From: Podarcis muralis
Taxonomy: Eukaryota
Direction: 5' to 3'
NCBI RefSeq assembly: GCF_964188315.1
Contig: NC_135665.1
Location: 11,346,001-11,410,000 of the forward strand
Length of the DNA: 64,000 bases
A program made the translations under genes and the position numbers. Positions 23,601 through 37,038 of the stretch are shown here, in pieces; positions within the stretch are counted from its first letter, which is position 1; each line of letters begins with the position of its first letter. A model generated the notes under the pieces. That model saw nothing but the letters and a program-made list of their open reading frames with translations, ran no database searches and was not told the DNA's origin.

Positions 23601-26600
23601 TGTACGGGGATGAGGGGAGTAACACATGAATGCTGCTCTAAGCCTTAAGTGTTAAATGATGATGTTCAGTCATCACAGGAACAAAGACTGCGTACATAGG
23701 CTCATCCCAAGAAAATGAGCACACATGAAATTGCCAGGGGGAAAAACCCAAACCCAGAAAGTGCAAAACCTCAAAAAATGAATGATCCGAAGAGTCATAA
23801 ACATTGCTGAAATATTTAAGTGCAACTACCTTTTATCTGAAATACTGCTTTGCGCTTAAATTCTTTTGCAAGAAAACACAACCGCCTGGTTCACACAACA
23901 CAGTAAGCCAAACTATGGCTTTCTGAGACCATAGTATCTTCCGAGTCTGGCAGGGTTCCATGTGTGCAATAGAGATTGCCAAACAGAGCTTTCAGTAACT
24001 CACACATGGTGGACAAAGCCAGAAAGTATTTGACCATAAGAAGCTGTGAGTCTATGAAGCTTTGGATCATGTGCCCAATACAAAGAAAATACTTGTGAGT
24101 TCTACTATACCAGGCCTTTTTGGTGGTGGCTCCCCACATATGGAATGTTCTCCCCAGGGAAGCATGCCTAGCACTATCACTGGCTACTTTTAGGCACCAG
24201 GCAAAAAACCTTTACAGGCTTTTGGTCTTTAGATAGTGTGGGTCTCTTTTAGTAGACGTCAATGCCTTTTTATGTATATCACTCCTTTTAGCTTTTTTTT
24301 TGGTTTAACTCTGTACTGGTTTCAATTTTCGTATTCTAGGTTGCTTTTCAGCTTTCTCTTTGGTTAAAAAAACTGACTAACAGCCCAATAAATAAATAAA
24401 TAAAACAGAATCTCTATTCAACGTATTCACACCATATTTTTTTCATTAATATGGAAGCAATAGCAACAGCAACTCTTTGCAGAAAATGTGCTGTTATGGC
24501 AAGAAATACCGCGTTGTTGCAGCCAAACTGCTGACTGAGGTTGGTTACAGGGAACACAGTTACTCCCTCGTTTAAAACAACTTCACCGGATACTGGTCCA
24601 TTTCCAGGCACAATTCAAATTGCTGGTTATGTGTGAACCTGCCTGGGTGCTAAGACCCTTGGGTGAGTGCCTTCTCTTGCTCCCATCAACATCACACCTA
24701 GTGGTAACACAAGAGATAGCCTTTTCTGTGTCTCAAGAGAAGCTGGACTGTCTCTTTTCTGCCAGTTTTCTTTCTCTCCTATTCAGACAGGCCTTTGGAA
24801 AGCAAAGAGCAAGTGATACTGATCAGCGGCGTGCTGTCAGCACAAACTGTTTTAACTGCTGATTCTAACTGTGCCCTGATGTGCTTAAATTAATGTTTCT
24901 ATTCTATAATGTTTTTAAATGTAAGCCACCTTGAATCCCAACTTGGGAGAAAGGTGGGATATCAATATGTTGATGGTGATGATACTCAATGGCTTGAGGC
25001 ATCATCTCTGGGCATGCAAAACTTGTCCTTTTGGAAGGCACACCCAAAAGTATTTTCAGCCAGAAACATTACATTAGACATTAATATGGTGGTACCTTGG
25101 TTTTCGAACATAATCCGTTCCAGAAGACCATTCGAGTTCTGAAACGTTCAAAAACCGAAAACTCAATACAGAAAATTCAATACGGAAGCAGTGTGGCATG
25201 TTTGACTTCCGAGGCATGTTCGAAAACTGAAGCATTTACTTCCGGGTTTACGGCGTTCGAAAATCGAAATGTCCGTCAACCGAGACGTTCGAAAACCAAG
25301 GTACTACTGTATTGATTTCATAAACCCCATGACAATTCAAGGGTATAAAAGGCAATTTCCTCAAGTAATTACAATAACAGCTCACAGAGGGGTCACCAAG
25401 ATGTGCCCTCAGAGGCCTTCTCTGAGTTCTGGCCCCCTGCCCCTCCGTCCCTCTCCTGAGAGAAGCCTCCTTCAGCCAACAGAAGACTTTTTTGAAGCCT
25501 AATTGTGGCATGGAGGAAAGGTTACATCTGGGGAACAGTTGTGGCACATGTGAGGGGGCCACAGACTGCGAATTGGCCCTATTTTTGGGGTGGAGGGGGG
25601 AAAGTAAAGTAAAAACAAGCCAAAAATAAAAAGGTGTGGGTTTTTTTATTGTAACAAAAAGCTACACATTAAATAAAAGTGTTAAGATATCGCACCAAGC
25701 AATTCTGTGGAGGAGCTCAGCCCAAATGTTTATTATACTTTATTATTTCCCCACCTCCTTTGGAAAGAAAGAAACGCTTACCAGCAGTACAAGAAGAAGC
25801 ATCGCCACTAATATTCTGAATCCAGTCCCTACAAAAGTAAAGAGACAGTCAGAGAGTCAATACATTTACCATCGTCTACCCACCCTACCCTCTGGGTGCA
25901 AATCTCTTCCCACCTGCAAATCTGTTATCTGCCTCCCTCCAAATGCCTGGAAAGGCGGCACGGGCAGGATTTGATAATATCCAAACAAGTGACGCAGGAG
26001 AGAGGGAGAGGAAGGAGCGCAGAAGCCGTCGGATCACCTTTTTGCTGAAGGGCAGCATTCCACAAAGTGACAAACAGACCCTTTATTTAAACAAACAAGT
26101 TGTGTGTGTTTGCAACAGTTTGGAACACAGTTTGGGAAAGCCGCTGCTCAGGAACCCTTTTGGAAAAACACTTCTCAGACATGGCAGTGATTTTGAGTCT
26201 GCTGACTCCAAATCTGTGCCGAAGCCAGGTAGCTTTCTTTACACACCTTTAAATGGGCAAAATCATGTAAAATATCTGCAATCTTCTAATACCTTTCTCC
26301 TATAGTGTGTGTGCTTGGGATATCTGGTATTAATTGTGCCCATGGAGGCGAAAGAAAGATCTAGAAAAAGAACAGCCCACAATTTTTTTCAGGCTAACAG
26401 CTGCTGTGCATTTGGCAGTGAAATGTTTCATAGGGGAAGTTAGAACCACACGTGTTATGTCTTGACATCCCGATATCACGTGTGTGAGTATCGTGCTTCC
26501 CTTTACGAAGCCACACAGAAGCTTTCTAGACTTTGGGAAGGAGGCGCCAGACTTTAATACTTCAATACTCCAAATTTACCAGGGACATTCAGGGAACTAG

Positions 26601-26856
26601 CCTAGTCCCCTAGTACAGTGGTACCTTGGGTTAAGTACTTAATTCATTCCGGAGGTCCGTACTTAACCTGCAACTGTTCTTAACCTGAAGCACCACTTTA
26701 GCTAATGGGGCCTCCTACTGCTGCTGCGCCGCCGGAGCACAATTTCTGTTCTCATCCTGAAGCAAAGTTCTTAACCTGAAGCACTATTTCTGGGTAAGCG
26801 GAGTCTGTAACCTGAAGCGTATGTAACCTGAAGCGTATGTAACCTGAGGTACCGCT

Positions 26857-26889
<33 letters not shown>

Positions 26890-29800
26890 ATTTATTTATT
26901 CCCTGCCCACCTGGCTGGGTTTCCCCAGCCACTCTGGGCAGCTCCCAACAGAATACTAAAAACACGATAAAACATCAAACTTTAAAAACTTCCCTAAACA
27001 GGGCTGCCTTCAGAGGTCTTCTAAAAGTCAGAAAGTTGTTTATTTCCCTGACATCAGATGGGAGGGTGTTCCACAGGGAGGGCATCACCACCGAGAAGGC
27101 CCTCTGCCTGGTTCCCTGAAACCTCACTTCTCGCAATGAGGGAACCGCCAGAAGGCCCTCAGAGCTGGACCTCAGTGTCTGGGCTGGACGAAGGGGGTGG
27201 AGATGCTCCTTTAGGTCTACTGGGCCGAGGCCGTTTAGGGCTTTAAAGGTCAGCACCAACACTTTGAATTGTGCTCGGAAACGTACTGGGAGCCAATGAA
27301 GGTCTTTCAGGACCAGTGTTACATGGTCTCGGCAACCACTTCCAGTCCACTGACCGCACACCACTGGGTAGGGAGGGATAACGTGGTGCTGCTGACAGCC
27401 TGCCTGCTGCAATGGGAAACTGACCCGTCCCACCTAATTGGTAAGCCAGAGAGAAGGAGTGGTGGAAAGTAGGCGATGATTTGACTTGCTAATACTGTGT
27501 ACTGCAGCTGTCAGCCTAGGGTGCTATTAGTAGGCAACTCCTGTAGTGGCCTGGTATTCGTGCCCAGCTTCCTGAGGATGCTTAAGGAGATTATCTCAAG
27601 GGGATTTGTAGGGAGCCCTGGAATAACATTATGAACAGCAGAAATGGGCCCTGAGATCATCAGTTGGGGTGCTTCCCCAAATTCCTTCTCAGAGATACTT
27701 TTGTTCTGTTTGAGACGTCCGGGTAGAGGGCAGTATATACCGTATTTTTTGCTCCACAAGACACACTTTTTTCCTCCTAAAAGGTATGGGGAAATGTCTG
27801 TGTGTCTTATGAAGCGAATGCTGCACGGAGGAGGGCTTGCTTTAAAGCAGCAAAGCGGGACAGGAGCCGCTTACACGAGTGTAACGCAAGCACAGTGGGA
27901 GCCGTGTAATCCCTCTGCCCCCACGCTCGGCCGCCCCACTGGGATGGGTGCGCGCACGTGTATACCACCCCCTTAGGATGACGCTCGCGTTGGCGACGTC
28001 CCACAGGTGACGTGCCGCCACACAAGACCCTCCCTCCGCCACTGGTCTTGCCAGGACAGTAGTGCCTTCCTTTGCAGAAATGTGAAATTTGAAGGGCGGC
28101 TGTGGTTTGGTCCTTGTGTTGTGTACAAAGGTGTGAATTAAGTAGGTGTGAATTTAAATGGGAATTGAATCAGATTTCTCCCCCATATGAAAGCCCCCAG
28201 AATTCTGCAATGAACAAAAAGGAAGAAAGTCCCACTTCTTTTGGCTTTATTAAAATAATTGTGTAGGGCCAAACCATACAGTCCATAGAACTAAGGGACT
28301 CATTGTGGGAAGCTCATATATTTCCATTGTCTGCCCCCCTTACTAGGGGATAAAGTCTCTCTTTGATAGTGATGATGGCTCTTAATGCCACTTTTGACTG
28401 CTGTTCACTTTACATGGTTGAAATATTATTCTGATATACCAGTAGTTTAGTCAATAGTTTAGTACAACATTTGATTCAGAATATTTTTTTTCTTGTTTTC
28501 CTCCTCTAAAAATTAGGTGAATTATGGAGCGAAAAATGCGGTAAATTCAATAAAAATTAATAATTAATAAAATACAGGCAGTGGTGGTGAGGAAGAACAG
28601 GCCTTCCAGCAGTGGGCTGTGCTCCTCAGAGAGGCTACCTGGTGCCTACTTCAATGTCCTTTGGGTGCCAAATACCTTTTTCGTTTCCCCAGGCTTTGAA
28701 AAAGTGAAGCCATTGCTCTTAACAGCTATGGGCGTCCCTTTTAAAACCCGGCTGCAGACTGGAGCAAAATGGCCGCCATGCTGGTCCACGCTCCCAGTAA
28801 ACCCACACTCAGCTGCCAGGCTAGAGAGTAGGGTGCCGCTGTGGACAATGTGGCCGGCCAACAAGTCTGCATTCCCACCATTTTCATCATCAGCCTCTTC
28901 CCACCGTTTCCCCTGGGGCCAGACAAAATGGGCGCTCCCATCCGGGAGAAGCTGTCATTATCTTTGTTTTGGCTTTACGTATGCCACCCGGAGTGTTTTT
29001 ACCAAGTACAGCTTAAAAACCATGAAATAAATATATAAAAGCAATACGAAGATGCGGTAAACAATGATTACGAAGATAGTTATCTGTTGCAATACCGGTA
29101 TGCTCTGCAATGACAAAATATCTGTAACTATAGAGCTTCTGGTTGTTGTTGTTTTTTGAAAACAGTAAGGCAGGTTCGCTGGAAGATGAACAGCTGGATA
29201 TGCATCTAGCCAGGGGTGTTCTGACTTGGGCAATTTGTTCTTTCAGAGCCTATGTTTGTGAACTTCTTTTCTGACACTTATAGTCCACCAGTCTTCCAGG
29301 CCTGCTACATTTCTTACATTTATATTCTAGGCCTGCTTAGCTCCAGCAAAGAGCCCTTCATGGGACCATGTGTTTTTCATACGTAAAGTAAAAAAATGTG
29401 TAGATTCTGTTGGTATACATTAATTATTATGTTGATTTTGAAAGACAATTGAAAGTTGCAGCGTGTGGGCTGTGCATTCTCTGTGCTGCTTTTTAAGTAA
29501 ATGCCTATGCCCCCAAAAGCCTGAACTCTGCACGAATCTATTTTGCATTATTTACTTTGCCCCTCTTGGTTATGCTAAGTGGCAAAGAACTCTGCACTCC
29601 ATGGTTCAGCAGGAACTTTAAGAAATCACTTCTCTTTCTCCCTACAGATTTTTGAGATTTCACCAAAGATTGCCCACACACTAGAAATGTCATGTGGTAC
29701 CTGTTTAGAACAAGAAAGATGACTTGTGAAAATCCTATGCTTGTTTACTTCAGTGCGAATTCAACTGAGTTCAAAGGATCTCAAGTAAACATGAACAGGA

Positions 29801-32800
29801 TTGCAAGAGGAACAAGGAAAGCTACAGAGCATTCTTCTCAGGGTGCTGCATTTTGTACCAATTTCTGCCTACAGTGTGCTCTTGCAATTATAGAATACAC
29901 AGAGAGCGAGAGAGAGAGGGAGAGTTTTGCATTCCTTAGTTGACCCACATAAATATATACATTTCCTCTACTTTGCAATACATCGGTGATACAGTGGTAC
30001 CTCTGGTTGCGAACGGGATCCATTCCAGAGGCCCGTTTGCAACATGAAAAGAACGCAAACCACAGCACCGCGTCTGCACACGCGCAGGTTGCAATTCGCC
30101 ACGTCTGCACATGATGTCATTTTGTGCGTTTGTGCATGTGGCAAAACCCAGAAGTAACCCTTTCTGGTACTTCCAGGTCGCTGCGGGACGTAACCCAAAA
30201 GAATGTAACATGAAGCGGACATAACATGAGGTATGACTGTAATTAGCAAACATCTAAGTGCTTTTACCTTTCGATCTCCCTCTCTTTGAAGATATCGACA
30301 CAGAGTGAGGCATGGGGATTCCAAGCACAGTACGGATCTCTTGCCAGGACGCAGTCCACACAGCTAGTGTATTTGTCACAAAATGCAACAGGAGACTGGA
30401 CTACTCCAGCGTTGGACCCGGCATAGAGATATTGCTTGCCCTGCAGAAAGAACATGGGGGGGAAAGTTACAACTTACTTTAGCATCTCGCAGGAACAGTG
30501 CCTTTGGGACAGTCCAGGACAGGCTACAAAACCCCCAGCAGAAATGACTGAATTCAACAGCTGCTTTCCCTCCACTCGACCCCAATGGCACGGTTGGGTA
30601 TTCTTGCTGTTCTGGTATCTCTCTCTCGCCCCCAGCCCAAATTCTTACTCAGTCCTACCTTTTTCGAAGAAAGTAGCAGAGTCTGAATGGGCTCAAAGTT
30701 TGGGAAGAGCTGCGTTTCTTCAATGATATGCATTCCGTTTTCGTAGCCAATGGCTTTGTGAAGGGCTCCTCGGTCTGAAACAAAAGGGCCACACTTTGGT
30801 ATATGTAAAAATCAAAATACAACACCAACACACACATAGTCTGATGTTTTCACCCTAAGGCCCCTGCTTCCTTCCCCTCGTGCCTTTCATTGTGTGTTTC
30901 ACTACACAGCTACCCAACCTTGAGCATTTTCATTCTCTATCCAACTTTCATTTCATCCTTTAATTCCATTTCTTCTCCTAAACTGCAGTCGTTTCACCCC
31001 TTCTGAGCAGTCTGCTACCAGGACATGTGCTTGATTCTTATACTTTGGCTGTAAACTCCCCCCCCCTTTTTTTGGTTAACCACCAACCTTTTTTAGACCA
31101 ACCTTGGAATCCCACAACGTTTAAGGTACAAGCTCCCTCAGCCCCAGAGAGCATGGCAAACAGCAAACCTAGGAGCTGTGGTCCATAAATATATGGGGAC
31201 CCAAGGCTTTGGAACATTATGGACTACTCAAAGTGTAGACAAGCTAAGAGTGATGCATAAATGCTCGCCTGAGAGATGTCATACTTGGGTGAGGAAATTA
31301 TTCTTCAACTTGTTCTTAAATCAACATAATGTTAAATGATTTAATTACAATGCTGGTCTGATAGAGTCATTTATTTATTTTTAAAAGTACAATCCACCTT
31401 TCCTTGAAAAGAAAAATTAAGCCAACTAACAACTGGCAATTAAACAATTGCTTTAAAAAAAAAGGGGGGGGTGTCACAGAAACAATTACTACACAATTAA
31501 ACAAAACCACATGCAAACAAAACTAAGGTAGCAACACTAAGCAGCCATTACCAAAATCTTTACCACATAAAAAGTGAGCAATTCTGAGGGAATTTCACAA
31601 CAGTGGTGCCATGACTGAAAAGGCCTTTTCTCTTGTATCCAAGCTGCTGAAGCTCAGAGATCTGGGTGTAGAGGAAGGTTTATATGGGAAGAGGCAGTCA
31701 TAAACGTATCGAAGTCCTGGGCCATTTCGGAGCCTCAAAGGTTTAAAATGCAGGACTCTGATTTGCAAATACCGTATTTTTCGCCCCATAGGACGCACCG
31801 GCCCATAGGACGCACCTAGTTTTTTTGGGGGGAAATAAAGGGGGGGGAATTATTTTCCCCCCAGGTGCGGGGCTGGGGCGGGGGAAGCGCCCCACGGCTA
31901 GCGGAGCGCTGTGCGAAGCCCCAAGCTTGGGGCGTGCTGAGCTCAGCGCGCCCCAAGCTTCTGGGTGCCGGCAAGCTCTCCGCTAGCCGTGGGAGAGCTG
32001 GGTCTCCCACGGCTAGCGGATAGCTTCCTGAAGCCTGTAGAGCGAGAGGGGTTGGTGCGCACCGACCCCCCTCACTCTCCAGGCTTCAGCGAAAGCCTGC
32101 ATTCACCCCATAGGACGCACACACATTTCCCCTTCATTTTTGGAGGGGGAAAAGTGCGTCCTATAGAGCGAAAAATACGGTATATGTGTTAGCAAACTAG
32201 TTGGCTGGTGTTAAGCCCCTATCTCACAGGCAATTTTTGCCAGTCTTAGAATCCAGGATGCTCTGAATTGCAACAAATATGTAGCTCACAAGACTGGCTC
32301 AATGAGCTGAAAAGCCACCTTATCATAGTGCGATGTCGTCCAGTTCTCAGAGTGCGGAAAACTCACCTGTGCTGATGAACATGACATCATACAAAGTGCC
32401 ATTCAGGGCCTGGACTCGGTCTACCACAATCTGTGTATACTTCACATCTCTCTTCACCAGTCGGGGCCGGTCTCCAATTGGGGTCACAGAGTCATCCATC
32501 AGAGGATGGTCTTTGACAAACTGCAGGGTTTTGTCGGGTAAGTTGAGCGTAGTCGTGATATTGTCTGCTCTGGCCTCCTTGTTTATACACTGTCCCAAGA
32601 AGAATGTATGTCACATGATTAATGAGGGCTTTAAAAAGGAAGAGCAACAGATTACTAATAAGCAAGACAGGGAAGCAGTTCTAAAACAGTTAAAGCATCA
32701 TTTAAAATAAAAACATTACAGCTGCTACCTTTTAAAATATGTATTTATTCACCGTGGGATAAGCCAGATTCATATCTTTCTTTTAAGCAGAGGTGTGCTC

Positions 32801-35800
32801 ATTCCATTGACAATCAAGAAATAAGCAAAGCGCCTGCGAAGTTTGTGCAGTCTCCTTCCATGGAGGCCTCTGGCATTTGTCTCAAACATTATCTGATTGT
32901 ATGAAGCAACAGCCATGTATGGCAAAAACATAACAAGGAGGTTCCCAGAAGTGGATAAAATTGTCTTAAACCGTGCAAGTACTCTTTTGTGCAAGCTTTC
33001 ACTTTATCTTGAAGTGGAAGAACATCTCTGTTCTCAGTGGCTAAAATATATCTTGATGATGGAATGCAAATATCTTTATAGGTAAATTACATGTATTTTG
33101 GTCTTCTTGCATAGTGCAGTTGTTTTGTGTACAGTAGCACCTTGGTACTCAAACAGCTTGGCTCCCGAACAAATTGGCTCCTGAACAGCACAAGCCTGGA
33201 AGTGAGTGTTCCGGTTTGCGAACCTTTTTCAGAAGCCAAACGTCCAGTGTGGGTTCTGATTGAGTGCAGAAAGCTCCTGCAGCCAATCGGAAGCCGCGCC
33301 TTGGTTTACGAACAGTTTCAGGAGTCGAACGGACTCCCGGAACGGATTAAGTTCAAGAACCAAGGTACCACTGTAGACTGCATTCAGATTTTACTATTCA
33401 GCACATTTTCTTACCGGATTCTGAATTGCGTAAGTAGCTTGCAGCCGAATGTTAAGTGTGAAGACCTCCTCACATGGTTCAGGTCACTCCTAACCATGCC
33501 TGGGACTCCCACCCCAAGGAACAATTTGCCTTGCGTGAATAGGATTGGTTCAAAACATATGGGCTATCATTTACACTGATAGCTTTGTGGGACTCATGCC
33601 ATGCAAGCTGAGGTCCTGGAAGCATCCACACCGCACAGGAACATGTGAATGAGGCCGCTGGCAAGCACCCCAACACCTGCTGCTAGGGGACAGAGGAAGC
33701 TGCAAATCTAAAATAGCAACCGACTAAACTAGCCAACCCATATTCTCTATGGGTGTGTTTGCAAGGAGCTTCCTGTGGCAAACTGTAAAAGAGGAGTATG
33801 TCATGGGAGAAACCATTACCGGCATTGGGTTGTGTAGGCATCACACACCTGCTGTGCTGGTCCTCTCCATCTGCCAGGAAGGGATTAGCACAACTTAGGG
33901 GGCCCAGAGGCCCTGAATGAGTGCATGTGGCACATGAACATTTGCTTATTATGAACAGGATCGTAACCAGCCCTCAGTTTATTCAGACTTACCGCTCCAG
34001 GCCGGGGTTTAGGAATCTCTCCGTTGTATCGCAACCATTTTGTGTGGGACTGCTCAACAGTCGCGATTTGCATGTACTTCCCTTTGGCAAAAACATCCTC
34101 CACTGTCGAGATGTTGTAGGCACAAACAGCTGATAGCCCAACGTTGTTCCTTAAAACACACCCCAAGGAAACCAAAATCAGCAACTTGTTTCACACTTCC
34201 TCAGAAACAAACACTTCCAAGTGTTCTTCAAGCGTTACTTACAATTGTGGGGAGAAAACCCCGTAGATCACTGGCTCCTTCGAACTTGGAGTCTTCAGGA
34301 TGAAGACATCATTGACAACGTTGAAAAATAAATTTTTCTCTGGTACAGAGCAAAGCAACCTGGCCTTGAGATAGGATGTCCATTTTTTCTGTAAAGTTCT
34401 GTGTCCACCTTGATCCCCCTTTAAAAGAAAAATGCATTCAAAAGTAAGCAGATGCCTTTTCCAGAGTATACAGAATTCTGCTACATTAAACTGAATAATT
34501 GCAACCAATATTTCAAGTATAGCGTGTATGGACAAATTCGCCAAACAAGGTGGATTGAGATTAGCATTAAGAGGTTACTATTAGCACATATAAAAAGGGA
34601 CGCGGGTGGCGCTGTGGGTAAAAGCCTCAGCGCCTAGGGCTTGCTGATCGAAAGGTCGGCGGTTCGAATCCCCGTGGCGGGGTGTGCTCTACTTGCACCC
34701 GGGGGTGCTTTCGAACTGCTAGGTTGGCAGGCGCTGGGACCGAGCAACGGGAGCGCACCCCGCCACGGGGATTTGAACCGCCGACCTTTCGATCAGCAAG
34801 CCCTGTCTTCCACAGGTGAGGCAGAACATAGCCTTATCCTCCATGGATCTGTCTAGCCCTCTTTTGAAAACATCCAAGTAGGTGGCCATCACCACCTCTT
34901 GTAGGACCAAATCCCACCCTTTAACCATGCACTGTGTGGAGAAGTCTCCACTCCTGGACATAAACTGCACACACTTAGGGCCTCAATATTCATGTGTCAG
35001 CTGATTCAGCTGCAAATCAGCAGAGAGACTCCGAGAAGAACAGTAAAGTTGATTCTTTTTTCCCAAGGAAACATAATACAAACAGAGAAACCTACGGTGA
35101 GACTGTCCCCAGGTAAAGCAGTTGCCAGAACTGATGATCTGGGCCTCCCACTTCCCCCTAAGTCTGTTCCCCATCCAGCTCTTTTCCTGGCAGTCTTAAA
35201 CTTTGTAAGGGGACGGGACTTCTTGCACTCTTTGTTCTGCTACATGCAGAAGTCTCTAAGCCCTTGGAGTCAAGGAGCTGAATACAGTAGGACTGGCAGG
35301 CTCCCGTGAATCTGTTCCAGCCTCAACCCCACACCTCTTCCTCCGCTGCCTTGTCCTACGTCTGCAGTGCTTTCTGCCTCTCCTTCCTCCCTCTCACTCA
35401 AGCCTGTTGCTTGTTCAGCATCCAACCATTCTGCCCCCCACTCCTGCCTCTGACCTTTCTTCCATGTCCCACCACCACTCCTCTGGCTCTGAGCCTTCCT
35501 CCTCTGAGGTTCCCCTAGGGGGTTCTCCAGCTGCAGCTCCCACCATTCCTCATTGTCCGGCCAGTCCCTGACAACATGTTACATTCATGGTCTGGGGACT
35601 GCTGCAGAAGCTATCCCTGTGAAGAGAGTGCCACCGTTCTGGTTATAGCTAAAGGTAAAGGGACCCCTGACCGTTAAGTCCAGTCGCAGGCGACTCTGGG
35701 GTTGCGGTGCTCATCTCGCTTTATTTTCCGAGGGAGCCGGCGTACAGCTTCCGGGTCATGTGACCAGCATGACTAAGCCGCTCCTGGCGAACCAGAGCAG

Positions 35801-36991
35801 CGCACAGAAACGCCGTTTACCTTCCCGCCGGAGCGGTACCTATTTATCTACTTGCACTTTGATGTGCTTTCGAACTGCTAGGTTGGCAGGAGCTCACCCC
35901 GTCACAGGGATTCGAACCACCGACCTTCTGATCGGCAAGCCCTAGGCTCTGTGGTTTAACCCACAGCGCCACCCGCCTTATGGGAGGAACGCCCAAATCT
36001 ACCCAATGTCAGCATTACACCTCCCCAAAATAGAGCAAACGCCAGTTTGGAGATCAGCTAATGAGTGGGCTCCCTTCGACCACAGTGGAAAGAGCCATGC
36101 TTACCAATCTAAAAATGTAACCTTCATCCAGCAAAGAATGAATTTTAAGTGCGAGCCTCTTATGGGTGAAATATACATTAAGCATTAAAATACCAACTGT
36201 GCTCTCCCAACTTTTGCCATGTCTGCACTTTTCGAAGAAAGCAGATGTCTTAATATGAAATGCATTCGAGGTAAGCAAGGATTTTATTTTTCACTGAGGC
36301 GGTTTCAAAGTAATGGTAGGCAATTTATTTTCCTATGTAACAAAAAATGCACATATTTTCCTCCTCCAATCTATATATAGCTCTGCATAAATCATTAAGA
36401 ATGAGAACCCAGTCACTTGACTGCAATAAAGGTAAAGGTAAAGGTACCCCTGCCCGTACGGGCCAGTCTTGCCAGACTCTGGGGTTGTGCGCCCATCTCA
36501 CTCAAGAGGCCGGGGGCCAGCGCTGTCCGGAGACACTTCCGGGTCACGTGGCCAGCGTGACAAAGCTGCTCTGGCGAGCCAGAGCCGCAAACGGAAACGC
36601 CGTTTACCTTCCCACTAGTAAGCGGTCCCTATTTATCTACTTGCACTTAAGAGTGCTTTCGAACTGCTAGGTTGGCAGGCGCTGGGACCGAGCAACGGGA
36701 GCGCACCCCGCCGCAGGGATTCGAACCGCCGACCTTTCGATCGGCAAGCCCTAGGAGCTGAGGCTTTTACCAACAGCGCCACCCGCGTCCCTTGACTGCA
36801 ATAGTGCCGGTTAAAAGCAATGACAGACAGTCAGCAGACGAGAGGACCATCACAACCACACCAAAGCTGATTTACTTCAAACTACTGAGATCTCATAAAT
36901 CTTGCAGAGTGTATCAGGTTCTGTTGCTTAATTACATCCACTGAGTTTTTAAGCATCTGGTTTTAAAATGCAACCTCACTGCCCCTGGAGA

Positions 36992-37038
<47 letters not shown>

